The notes beneath the pieces were generated by a model that saw only the letters and a program-made list of their open reading frames with translations, searched no databases and was not told the DNA's origin. A stretch of DNA of 24,000 nucleotides, taken from the NCBI GenBank assembly GCA_963760585.1, contig CAVXDI010000004.1, forward strand, positions 730,357-754,356, written 5' to 3'. This document shows, in pieces, positions 1 to 8,303 of this stretch. Each line of letters opens with the position of its first letter. The stretch's first letter is position 1. A program made the position numbers and the translations under genes. This DNA comes from an uncultured Actinomycetota bacterium. GTDB taxonomy: Bacteria > Actinomycetota > Actinomycetes > Propionibacteriales > Nocardioidaceae.

Positions 1-48
1 CCCGATGACGAGCCCGATGACGAGCCCGAAGGCAGGCCCGAAGGCAGG
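1..48 (+). repeat. In-frame 12-nt tandem repeats: (cccgatgacgag)x2 then (cccgaaggcagg)x2
   Basis: Read directly from the sequence. Encodes PDDE-PDDE-PEGR-PEGR in the open frame of the ankyrin ORF. Confidence 0.9.
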
Positions 49-408
49 CCCAGCAACGAGCTGGTCGAGCTCGCCCACCAGATGTTCGACCTCGCCCGCG
101 AGGGGGCGTTCGAACGGCTCGCGGCGTACGTCGACGCGGGGGTGCCGGTCGAGCTGACCGATGCGGCGGGGAACACGCTGCTGATGCTTGCGGCCTACCA
201 CGGGCACCCGGCCACGGTGGCGGCGCTGGTCGAGCGCGGCGCGGACGTCGACCGCGTCAACGACCGCGGTCAGTCTCCGCTGGCCGGCGCGGTCTTCAAG
301 GGCGAGGACGAGGTCGTCGCGACGCTGCTGGGCCACGGGGCCGACCCCGACGCCGGGACGCCCTCCGCGCGGGCGACCGCGGAGATGTTCGGGCGCGACC
401 TCCCCTGA
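1..408 (+). CDS. Ankyrin-repeat protein. The 5' end is probably outside the window; the first in-window ATG is at 82.
   Basis: Frame 1 is open from base 1 (PDDEPDDEPEGRPEGRPSNELVELAHQ precedes M82). Ankyrin-like repeats are GNTLLMLAAYHGHPATVAALVERGADVD and GQSPLAGAVFKGEDEVVATLLGHGADPD. GC3 is high. Confidence 0.7.
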   Translation, partial: PDDEPDDEPEGRPEGRPSNELVELAHQMFDLAREGAFERLAAYVDAGVPVELTDAAGNTLLMLAAYHGHPATVAALVERGADVDRVNDRGQSPLAGAVFKGEDEVVATLLGHGADPDAGTPSARATAEMFGRDLP

Positions 409-418
409 CCTGCCGTGA

Positions 419-1921
<1,503 letters not shown>

Positions 1922-1933
1922 GGAGCGCCCCGG

Positions 1934-2830
1934 TCACGACCCGAAGCGGTCCACGTAGGCCACGACGCGGTTGAACAGGGTCGTCATCGACCGGGCGTCG
2001 AGGGCCCCGGGCCTCGGGTCGTCGGCCAGCTCGTAGAGCAGCGGCGTGGCCTCGGCCACGCCATGCTCCTGGGCCACCCGGGTGCACACACGCGCAGCGT
2101 CGCGCACGGCCCTGGGCTCGAGGGTCCAGAGTGCCTCGAAGATGCGGTGCCGGTCCGGCACCGTGGACTGGCCTGGCAGCTCCCAGGCGGTCAGCGCCGC
2201 GGGCAGGGCCACGTCGTCGCAGACGACCGCCCACTCGGCCTGCATCGGCTCCTGCGGGCCGAGATCGACCTTCCGGATCCGCGACCCCGGTCGCTGGGTC
2301 GCGTCGTCCGGCCCGAAGGCCCCGAAGGCCATCGTCGAGCGGGCCCGGCGGGCGAGCTCCTCCCAGCGTTCCTCGGCCTTCGCGAAGTACCGCTGCTGCT
2401 GGAAGGAGCCGAAGATTCGGGCCTCCTGCGCCCGGGCGCAGAACTCGTCCTCGATCGCCCAGGAGAGCGCCAGCAGCGTGGACTTCTTCAGCCGGTGCAC
2501 CACGACCTCGGGGTGGCGCCGACGCAGCTCGGCGAAGACCGACGGGGACGACGGCTCCCGGACGGCGAGCACCGAGGCGATGGCCAGCTCGAGACGGAGG
2601 CCGGCGTCGCGGTGGGAGATCACCGACCGCACGGCCTCCACGTCGGACTCCGCGTACCGGCGATGCCCGCTGTCGAGGCGCTGCGGGACGGGGAAGTCGT
2701 GGCGCGTCTCCCACATCCGCAGCACCGCGGTGCTCACGCCGGTACGCCGGGCGAGGTCGCCGATGCTGAGGGTGGCCGAGGACGAGTCGAGGGGCTCGAC
2801 CCCTTGCAATTTGTGGTCCGTGGAGGTCAT
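1934..2830 (-). CDS. MerR-family transcriptional regulator with a ~200-aa C-terminal sensor-like domain (possibly DICT-type)
   Basis: N-terminal MerR HTH LSIGDLARRTGVSTAVLRMWETRHDFPVPQRLDSGHRRY. The long C-terminal domain has no catalytic motif I recognise. It is divergent from the 2887 ORF. Confidence 0.8.
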   Translation of the reverse strand: MTSTDHKLQGVEPLDSSSATLSIGDLARRTGVSTAVLRMWETRHDFPVPQRLDSGHRRYAESDVEAVRSVISHRDAGLRLELAIASVLAVREPSSPSVFAELRRRHPEVVVHRLKKSTLLALSWAIEDEFCARAQEARIFGSFQQQRYFAKAEERWEELARRARSTMAFGAFGPDDATQRPGSRIRKVDLGPQEPMQAEWAVVCDDVALPAALTAWELPGQSTVPDRHRIFEALWTLEPRAVRDAARVCTRVAQEHGVAEATPLLYELADDPRPGALDARSMTTLFNRVVAYVDRFGS

Positions 2831-2842
2831 GCTGACACCCTA

Positions 2843-2863
2843 ACCTCAACAAGCCGTTGAGGT
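2843..2863. promoter_or_regulatory. Perfect dyad ACCTCAAC-N5-GTTGAGGT in the merR / small-ORF divergent intergenic region; candidate MerR operator
   Basis: 8-bp arms read directly. It lies in the only AT-enriched stretch of this region (2831-2886), between the MerR start (2830) and ATG 2887. Confidence 0.45.
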
Positions 2864-2886
2864 AAATGTTGAAGAAAGAGGATTTC

Positions 2887-3129
2887 ATGACCGTCAGCAG
2901 TCAGTCACCCAACGGCACCAGCGACGAGGTCGTGGACTGGACCGACCTGGGGCGCAAGATGTGGAGCTTCCTGACCGGGCGCCACGCCGCCATCAACTAC
3001 CGGTTCATCGACATGAGCGTCGAGGTACCGCGGGACACCGGCAGCAACGCGCCCCGGGCCACGTGGAAGCTGCACGGGACGCTCCAGGTCACCACCGAGG
3101 ACGACGCCTCGACGGACAGCGGGGTCTGA
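2887..3129 (+). CDS. Hypothetical 80-aa protein
   Basis: AAGAGGA Shine-Dalgarno 5 nt upstream of ATG 2887, whereas the track ATG at 2866 has none. High GC3. Its stop TGA (3127-3129) is 2 nt before the next ATG. No family recognised. Confidence 0.5.
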   Translation: MTVSSQSPNGTSDEVVDWTDLGRKMWSFLTGRHAAINYRFIDMSVEVPRDTGSNAPRATWKLHGTLQVTTEDDASTDSGV

Positions 3130-3131
3130 GG

Positions 3132-4025
3132 ATGAGCCCGGCGACGTCGGTCCGCGCGGACCTCGCGTTCGAGATCGAGCTCGAGGGGCGGGCGACGGTG
3201 CACGGCACCCTGCGCGGCTCGCGGAGCCGGCTGGTCCTCGACATCGACGACCCCGCGGCGTTCGCCGGCAGCGGGGACGCCCCGGTCGTGCGGGACGTGG
3301 CCCGCACGCTCGCGGAGCGCGGGATCGCGGTGAAGGTCGTGCGCGGCGAGCAGCACCTGATCACCCTCGGCGACGTCCGGGCACCATGGTGGCAACGGCT
3401 CGGCACCCGCTCGCGCCACATCCGACTGGGCAGCGCGCGAGGTGTCCTGACCGCCGCCCGGGCACGCACCGGCGACGCCCCGGCAATGCTTCCGGACTCA
3501 TCCCTGGCCCCGCCCGGGACCGTCTTCCCGTTGCTGCCGACGTTCAGGCGCCGACCCGGGCGCGCGCCGACGACGACCCACGACCCGGCTCGGGGTGGCG
3601 GAGCCCGTCTGGTCGCCGCGATCGGCGAGGCGATGATGCCGAAGGAGCGGCAGGCGATCTTCTGGCTGCAGGACGGCACGACGACCTTCGGCAGCGGCAG
3701 CGGGTGCGACGTGGTCATCGCCGGGCTCGAGCCCCTGCACGCGGAGATCCGCCACGACGAGCGCGACGAGTTCGTCCTGGTCGCCCACGCGGCCGCCCGG
3801 GTGCACGGGGCGCTGGTCCGGGAGGCGCTGCTGCGCACCGGCACCCGGGTCCAGCTCGGGCCCTGGCAGTTCGCCTACTACCGCGAGGAGTACGCCGACC
3901 ACGGCCGGCCCTACGGCGGACGGGTCGGCGGGGAGCTCGGGCGCCAGCGCCCCCAGCCGCCACGACAGGCCCAGCAGAGGGCCCAGCAGGGGGCCCAGCA
4001 GAGGGCCCAGCAGGGCGACCGCTGA
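3132..4025 (+). CDS. FHA-like domain protein with unknown N-terminal domain and Gln/Ala-rich repeat tail
   Basis: The C-terminal segment TTFGSGSGCDVVIAGLEPLHAEIRHDERDEFVLV...GTRVQLGPWQFAYY resembles an FHA fold, but the usual S-x-NG is not evident. ATG 3132 is tightly coupled to the upstream ORF. The part of the track ORF upstream of 3132 overlaps the previous gene. Confidence 0.6.
   Translation: MSPATSVRADLAFEIELEGRATVHGTLRGSRSRLVLDIDDPAAFAGSGDAPVVRDVARTLAERGIAVKVVRGEQHLITLGDVRAPWWQRLGTRSRHIRLGSARGVLTAARARTGDAPAMLPDSSLAPPGTVFPLLPTFRRRPGRAPTTTHDPARGGGARLVAAIGEAMMPKERQAIFWLQDGTTTFGSGSGCDVVIAGLEPLHAEIRHDERDEFVLVAHAAARVHGALVREALLRTGTRVQLGPWQFAYYREEYADHGRPYGGRVGGELGRQRPQPPRQAQQRAQQGAQQRAQQGDR
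3969..4016 (+). repeat. Four in-frame tandem copies of the 12-nt unit gcccagcagRgg
   Basis: Read directly. Encodes AQQRAQQGAQQRAQQG at the C-terminus of the FHA-like protein. Confidence 0.9.
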
Positions 4026-4102
4026 CTTCCCGACCAGCCGGATGCGTGATCTCGAGCCTTGCTGGGCACGGGACCCCCACGTCACCCAACGAGAGGAACC
4101 AC

Positions 4103-4558
4103 ATGTCGAAGTCCACCGACGAGAAGTACACCGAAGAGCTGGTCGAGACGGCCGAGGACGGCAAGGAGGGCTACACCCACGGCGCCGAGAACCTGACCGA
4201 GTCCGGCCAGTCCGAGGCGGCGGCGACCTTCACCCGGCTGGCCGAGCAGCGTCGCCAGTACGCCGTCGAGCTGCGCGCCCTCGCCGGGGCGTACGGCGAC
4301 GACGTGGACGAGGGCGGCTCCACCGCCGCGGCCGTGCACCGCGGTTGGATGAAGCTCAAGGACGCGGTGACGGGCTCGGGGCCGCAGAGCATCCTGTCCA
4401 CGGCGCTCACCGGCGAGGACCACGCGATCAAGGAGTACGAGTCGGCGCTCGCGGAGGACCTCTCACCGGACCTGCGGTCGCTGGCGGAGCGGCAGCTGGT
4501 CGAGATCCGGGCGGCACGTGGCCAGGTCGAGGCGCTGCTGGAGCGCCTGGACGGCTGA
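4103..4558 (+). CDS. DUF2383 / PA2169-like four-helix-bundle (ferritin-like) protein
   Basis: GAGAGGAA Shine-Dalgarno upstream of ATG 4103. The acidic helical protein has GEDHAIKEYESAL and ERQLVEIRAARGQVEAL segments typical of this family. The track ORF from 3386 is an Arg/Pro-rich extension. Confidence 0.7.
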   Translation: MSKSTDEKYTEELVETAEDGKEGYTHGAENLTESGQSEAAATFTRLAEQRRQYAVELRALAGAYGDDVDEGGSTAAAVHRGWMKLKDAVTGSGPQSILSTALTGEDHAIKEYESALAEDLSPDLRSLAERQLVEIRAARGQVEALLERLDG

Positions 4559-4577
4559 GCACCCGCTGCGCAGAGCA

Positions 4578-4619
4578 CGAGGGCCGTGCGTCACCCCCGG
4601 GGGTGACGCACGGCCCTCG
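4578..4619. terminator. Perfect 42-bp palindrome; likely bidirectional terminator between convergent genes
   Basis: cgagggccgtgcgtcaccccc / gggggtgacgcacggccctcg forms a stem of up to 19-21 bp. It sits 19 nt after the stop at 4558 and 18 nt after the BCCT stop at 4638. Confidence 0.7.
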
Positions 4620-4637
4620 TCGGTTGCGGGGTGGCGG

Positions 4638-6461
4638 CTAGAGCCCGGGGCCCGGCTCCCTGTGACCCGCCGGGTCGACGGCCCGACCAACGGCCGGGTC
4701 ACTGGTCGGGTCACTGGTGGGCGGAGCCTCCGGGTCGCGGGTCGTCGAGATGACGAAGTCGTCGCCGTGCTCGGTGACCCCGGCGATGACAGCCTGCTCG
4801 ACCGCATCGGCGGCGTACCTCTGGCGCACCATCAGCGGGTCCTGGCGCAGGTCCTTGACCAGCGCCACGGAGAGCCCGATCATCACGAGGACGAACGGCG
4901 TCGCGGCGACGATCGTGATGGTCTGGAGGCCCGAGAGCGCGTCCGAGCCGCCGACCAGCAGCATCACCGCAGCCACGGCACCGGTCGCCACGCCCCAGAA
5001 GATCACGGTGGGCCGGCTCGGCTCCTGGCGGCCGCGCTCGGAGAGCGTGCCCATCACGATCGAGGCGGCGTCCGCGCCGGAGACGAAGAAGATCGCGACC
5101 AGCAGCATCACCAGGACGCTGGACACGGTGGCCAGCGGGTAGGCCTGCAGCGTCGAGAAGAGCTGCGACTCGACGCCGCCCGCCCCGGCGATGTCCGTGC
5201 CCTTGCGCTGCAGGTCGATGGCGGCGCCGCCGAAGATGGCGAACCAGACCAGGCTCACCATGCTGGGCACGAGCAGCACGCCGGTCACGAACTGACGAAT
5301 CGTGCGGCCGCGCGAGATGCGGGCGATGAACATGCCGACGAACGGCGTCCACGAGAGCCACCAGGCCCAGTAGAAGACCGTCCAGCCGGAGAGCCAGGTG
5401 TTCACGTCGCCGCCCTCGGCCCCGGTCCGGGCCGACATCATGGCGAGGTCCTGGAGGTAGCTGCCCAGCGAGGTCGGCACCAGGTTCAGGATGAAGACGG
5501 TCGGGCCGACGATGAACACGAACAGCGCCAGCACGACGGCGAGCACCATGTTGATGTTCGAGAGCCACTGGATGCCCCGGGCGACGCCCGAGACGGCCGA
5601 GAGCACGAAGCCCACGGTCAGGACCGCGATGATGCCGACGAGCAGGGCGTTCCCGGTGGCGCTGAACCCGGCCACGATGTTCAGGCCGCTGCGGATCTGC
5701 AGGGCGCCGAGGCCCAGCGAGGCCGCGGAGCCGAAGAGCGTGGCGAAGATCGCCAGCATGTCGATGACCTTGCCCCACGGGCCGTGCGCGTGCCGGCCGA
5801 TGAGCGGCTCGAAGGCGGCCGAGATCAGCTGCAGCCGACCCTTGCGGTAGACGCCGTAGGAGATCGCCAGCCCGACGACGGCGTAGATCGCCCAGGGGTG
5901 CAGCGTCCAGTGGAAGAGCGTCGTCGCCATGGCGGTCTGCGTCGCGGCGGCGTTGCCGGCCGGCCCGGTGCCGGGAGGCGGCGACGAGAAGTGGCTGATC
6001 GGCTCGCTCACGCCGTAGAACATGAGCCCGATGCCCATGCCGGCGCTGAACATCATCGCGATCCAGGAGACGGTACGGAACTCAGGCTCCTCCCCGTCGC
6101 GCCCCAGGGTGATGTTGCCGTACCGGCTCATGGCCAGCCACAGCACGAAGACCACGAAGCCGCTCGCGGTCAGCACGAAGAGCCACCCGGTGTTCGCCAT
6201 GGTCCACGCCAGCGACCGGTCGGAGACGCTGGCGAGGGACGCCGTGCTGACGAAGCCCCAGACCAGGAAGGCCACCGCGATCACGGCGGTGACGCCGAAC
6301 ACGACCTTGTCGAGCCGGCCGCGGTCGGCGGCGTGCTCGTCGTGGGTCAGGTCGAGCGCGGGGTGGGGCTCGGCGGGGCGCTCGCCGTCGGGGGGTGGTG
6401 TCGTCGTCTGATCGACGAGGGTCTCGGTGTGCCGGTGCGGGGGATCTAGCTGTGTCGTCAC
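4638..6461 (-). CDS. BCCT-family (betaine/carnitine/choline) transporter
   Basis: Family signature GWTVFYWAWWLSWTPFVGMFIARISRGRTIRQFV and multiple TM segments. The GTG start at 6461 is uncertain because no Shine-Dalgarno lies at normal spacing. Confidence 0.9.
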   Translation of the reverse strand: MTTQLDPPHRHTETLVDQTTTPPPDGERPAEPHPALDLTHDEHAADRGRLDKVVFGVTAVIAVAFLVWGFVSTASLASVSDRSLAWTMANTGWLFVLTASGFVVFVLWLAMSRYGNITLGRDGEEPEFRTVSWIAMMFSAGMGIGLMFYGVSEPISHFSSPPPGTGPAGNAAATQTAMATTLFHWTLHPWAIYAVVGLAISYGVYRKGRLQLISAAFEPLIGRHAHGPWGKVIDMLAIFATLFGSAASLGLGALQIRSGLNIVAGFSATGNALLVGIIAVLTVGFVLSAVSGVARGIQWLSNINMVLAVVLALFVFIVGPTVFILNLVPTSLGSYLQDLAMMSARTGAEGGDVNTWLSGWTVFYWAWWLSWTPFVGMFIARISRGRTIRQFVTGVLLVPSMVSLVWFAIFGGAAIDLQRKGTDIAGAGGVESQLFSTLQAYPLATVSSVLVMLLVAIFFVSGADAASIVMGTLSERGRQEPSRPTVIFWGVATGAVAAVMLLVGGSDALSGLQTITIVAATPFVLVMIGLSVALVKDLRQDPLMVRQRYAADAVEQAVIAGVTEHGDDFVISTTRDPEAPPTSDPTSDPAVGRAVDPAGHREPGPGL

Positions 6462-6601
6462 GTGTGTCGGCGTCCGCAGGACGCCGCCTCCTCGGCTGCT
6501 GGGGGACTCGTACGGGCGGTCAACCCTTCAGGGATGTCGTCTGGAGATCAACCTGAGAGGGCGTCGGTCCCGCGTGATCCTCAGCACGGTGCGGGCGGCG
6601 C

Positions 6602-7207
6602 TCAGTCCCGGGAGCTGCGCTCCGTGCGGCCGCGGACCACGCCGATGAAGGACTGCACTCGCGGGTCCTCGTTGTCGATCAGCCAGGCCAGCCCCACCGT
6701 GGTGGGTGGCAGGTCGACGACCGGGCGGTACGCCGTGTCCCGGCGCTGGTGGAGCCGCGCGATCGACATGGGGACGATCACGACGCCCGTGCCGGCCGCG
6801 ACCACCTCGACCGACTCGGCCACCGACATGGGCGGCCACGCGAGCTGCTCGGCCTCCGGCGTCCAGCCGGAGGCGTGCGGCAGCACCAGCTGCTCGTCGG
6901 CGAGGTCGGCCAGGCTCAGCTCCTCGACGACGGTGGCGACGTGCTCGGCGCCGACGACCGCCACCGGGACCTCGTCGTAGAGGGGGATGCAGTGCAGGGC
7001 GTCCCGGTCGACGGGCAGGCGGACCAGGCACGCGTCGAGCGCTCCGGACCGCAGCTCGGCCTCCTGGGCGCCCTGCTCGACCGGCACCAGCTCGAGCGGG
7101 ATCCTCGCGAAGCGCTCGCGCCACACGCGGGCCCACTTGTCCGGCGTGGCGCCGGTCACGAAGCCGACGCGGAACGGGGGACGCGGAGCGGTGTCAGGTC
7201 GGGCCAC
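6602..7207 (-). CDS. LysR-type substrate-binding-domain protein lacking the N-terminal HTH
   Basis: FRVGFVTGATPDKW...ALDACLVRLP...LYDEVPVAVV...GTGVVIVPMS is the pattern of a LysR effector domain. It has a GTG start, with an in-frame TAG three codons upstream, and only 120 bp to the next gene. Confidence 0.7.
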   Translation of the reverse strand: MARPDTAPRPPFRVGFVTGATPDKWARVWRERFARIPLELVPVEQGAQEAELRSGALDACLVRLPVDRDALHCIPLYDEVPVAVVGAEHVATVVEELSLADLADEQLVLPHASGWTPEAEQLAWPPMSVAESVEVVAAGTGVVIVPMSIARLHQRRDTAYRPVVDLPPTTVGLAWLIDNEDPRVQSFIGVVRGRTERSSRD

Positions 7208-7327
7208 GCGGTCAGGCTAGTCGCCTCCCGTGGCCGGCCCGGATCAACCGGCCGGGAATGAACGGGCACCGGTGCCCGCTGTGCCTCTCGAGAAGCACGC
7301 CTCACCGATCCCTCGCAGGAGGACCTC

Positions 7328-8020
7328 ATGAGCAAGATCCTGTTCGTCGTCACCGGTGCCACGTCCTGGACGCTGGCCGACGGCTCCGCGCACCCCACCG
7401 GCTTCTGGGCCGAGGAGCTCGTCGCGCCCTTCCAGACCTTCACGGGCGCCGGCCACGAAGTCGTGTTCGCCACCCCCGCCGGCGTGGTCCCCACCGTCGA
7501 CCGGGGCAGCCTCTCGCCGGAGATGAACGGGGGCCAGGAGAACGCCGACCGGGTCGCCGCCGACCTCGACGCGATCGACCTGTCCGCGCCGCTGTCCCTC
7601 GACGCGGTTGACCTGGACGACTACGCCGCCGTCTTCTACCCCGGCGGCCACGGGCCGATGGAGGACCTCGCGGTCGACGCCACCTCGGCCCGGCTGCTCG
7701 TCGACACCCTGGCCACCGGCAAGCCGCTCGGCATCGTCTGCCACGCGCCCGCCGCGCTGCTGGCGACCGACGTGGACGGTGGCTCGCCGTTCTCCGGCTA
7801 CCGGCTGACCGGCTTCACCAACGACGAGGAGAAGCAGGCCGGTCTGGCCGACCAGGCCAAGTGGCTGCTCCAGGACCGCCTCGTGGCCCTCGGGGCCGAC
7901 TTCGCCGAGGGCGAGCCGTGGGCCGTCAACGTGGTCGTCGACCGCTCCCTGCACACCGGTCAGAACCCGGCCTCCTCCGGGCCGCTGGCCCAGGAGATGC
8001 TCACCGCGCTGGGTGCCTGA
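7328..8020 (+). CDS. DJ-1/PfpI-family (class I glutamine amidotransferase-like) protein
   Basis: AGGAGGA Shine-Dalgarno. KILFVVTGA, GFWAEEL and the nucleophile elbow PLGIVCHAPAALL are present. Confidence 0.85.
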   Translation: MSKILFVVTGATSWTLADGSAHPTGFWAEELVAPFQTFTGAGHEVVFATPAGVVPTVDRGSLSPEMNGGQENADRVAADLDAIDLSAPLSLDAVDLDDYAAVFYPGGHGPMEDLAVDATSARLLVDTLATGKPLGIVCHAPAALLATDVDGGSPFSGYRLTGFTNDEEKQAGLADQAKWLLQDRLVALGADFAEGEPWAVNVVVDRSLHTGQNPASSGPLAQEMLTALGA

Positions 8021-8024
8021 GAGC

Positions 8025-8243
8025 TCAGAGACCGAGCAGGGCCAGGCCCACGGCGACCATCGCGGCCGCGGTGGCGAAGAGCCAGGGGCGCAGCCGGGAG
8101 CAGACCTCGACGCGGTGCCGGATGACGCCGGGGATGTCCTCCACCGGTAGGTGCCGGACGGCGACCAGCTGGGCGATCAGCACGCCGGCCAGCAGCAGCC
8201 CGCCCTGGAGCAGCGGGAGCGCGATCGCCGGGGAGGCTTCCAT
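8025..8243 (-). CDS. Hypothetical 72-aa protein with two hydrophobic segments
   Basis: High GC3 and two TM-like stretches (LLLAGVLIAQLVAV and WLFATAAAMVAVGLALLGL). No clear Shine-Dalgarno. No family recognised. Confidence 0.45.
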   Translation of the reverse strand: MEASPAIALPLLQGGLLLAGVLIAQLVAVRHLPVEDIPGVIRHRVEVCSRLRPWLFATAAAMVAVGLALLGL

Positions 8244-8277
8244 GGCCCGACGGTAGGACGTGAGGACGTCGCGGCCC

Positions 8278-8292
8278 GTCTCATCGTGAGAC
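8278..8292. promoter_or_regulatory. Dyad GTCTCA-tcg-TGAGAC (copy 1 of 3)
   Basis: Read directly. It lies 11 nt beyond the regulator stop codon (8304-8306) and ~35 nt upstream of the 72-aa ORF start. Confidence 0.45.
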
Positions 8293-8303
8293 GCCGCGGC
8301 GCC

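Noticed and set aside
2866-2886. ATG 2866 as the start of the small ORF. Similar track-ORF starts that overlap the upstream gene are at 2961 (FHA-like), 3386 (DUF2383), 13360 (beta subunit), 14430 (coupling protein), 16119 (DUF59), 16862 (ADH) and 21711 (USP).
   Set aside because: In each case a downstream in-frame start has a good Shine-Dalgarno and/or a stop-start overlap with the preceding gene. The upstream extension is low-complexity or overlaps the neighbouring CDS.
4518-6449. 643-aa plus-strand ORF opposite the BCCT transporter. Similar long shadow ORFs are at 415-1974 (+), 1776-2888 (-), 8151-10229 (+), 18015-19679 (-), 18710-19735 (+, upstream part), 20332-21879 (-) and 21752-23368 (+).
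   Set aside because: All overlap ORFs carrying unambiguous family signatures. Their compositions are extremely Arg/Pro/Gly/Asp-biased, typical of off-frame translation of high-GC genes.
8277-8293. The first GTCTCA dyad interpreted simply as the regulator gene's intrinsic terminator
   Set aside because: This is not fully excluded. However, a 7-bp stem with a 3-nt loop and no U-tract is weak, and the identical core recurs in two promoter regions. A protein-binding site is therefore the better explanation, and it is kept as a finding with this alternative stated.
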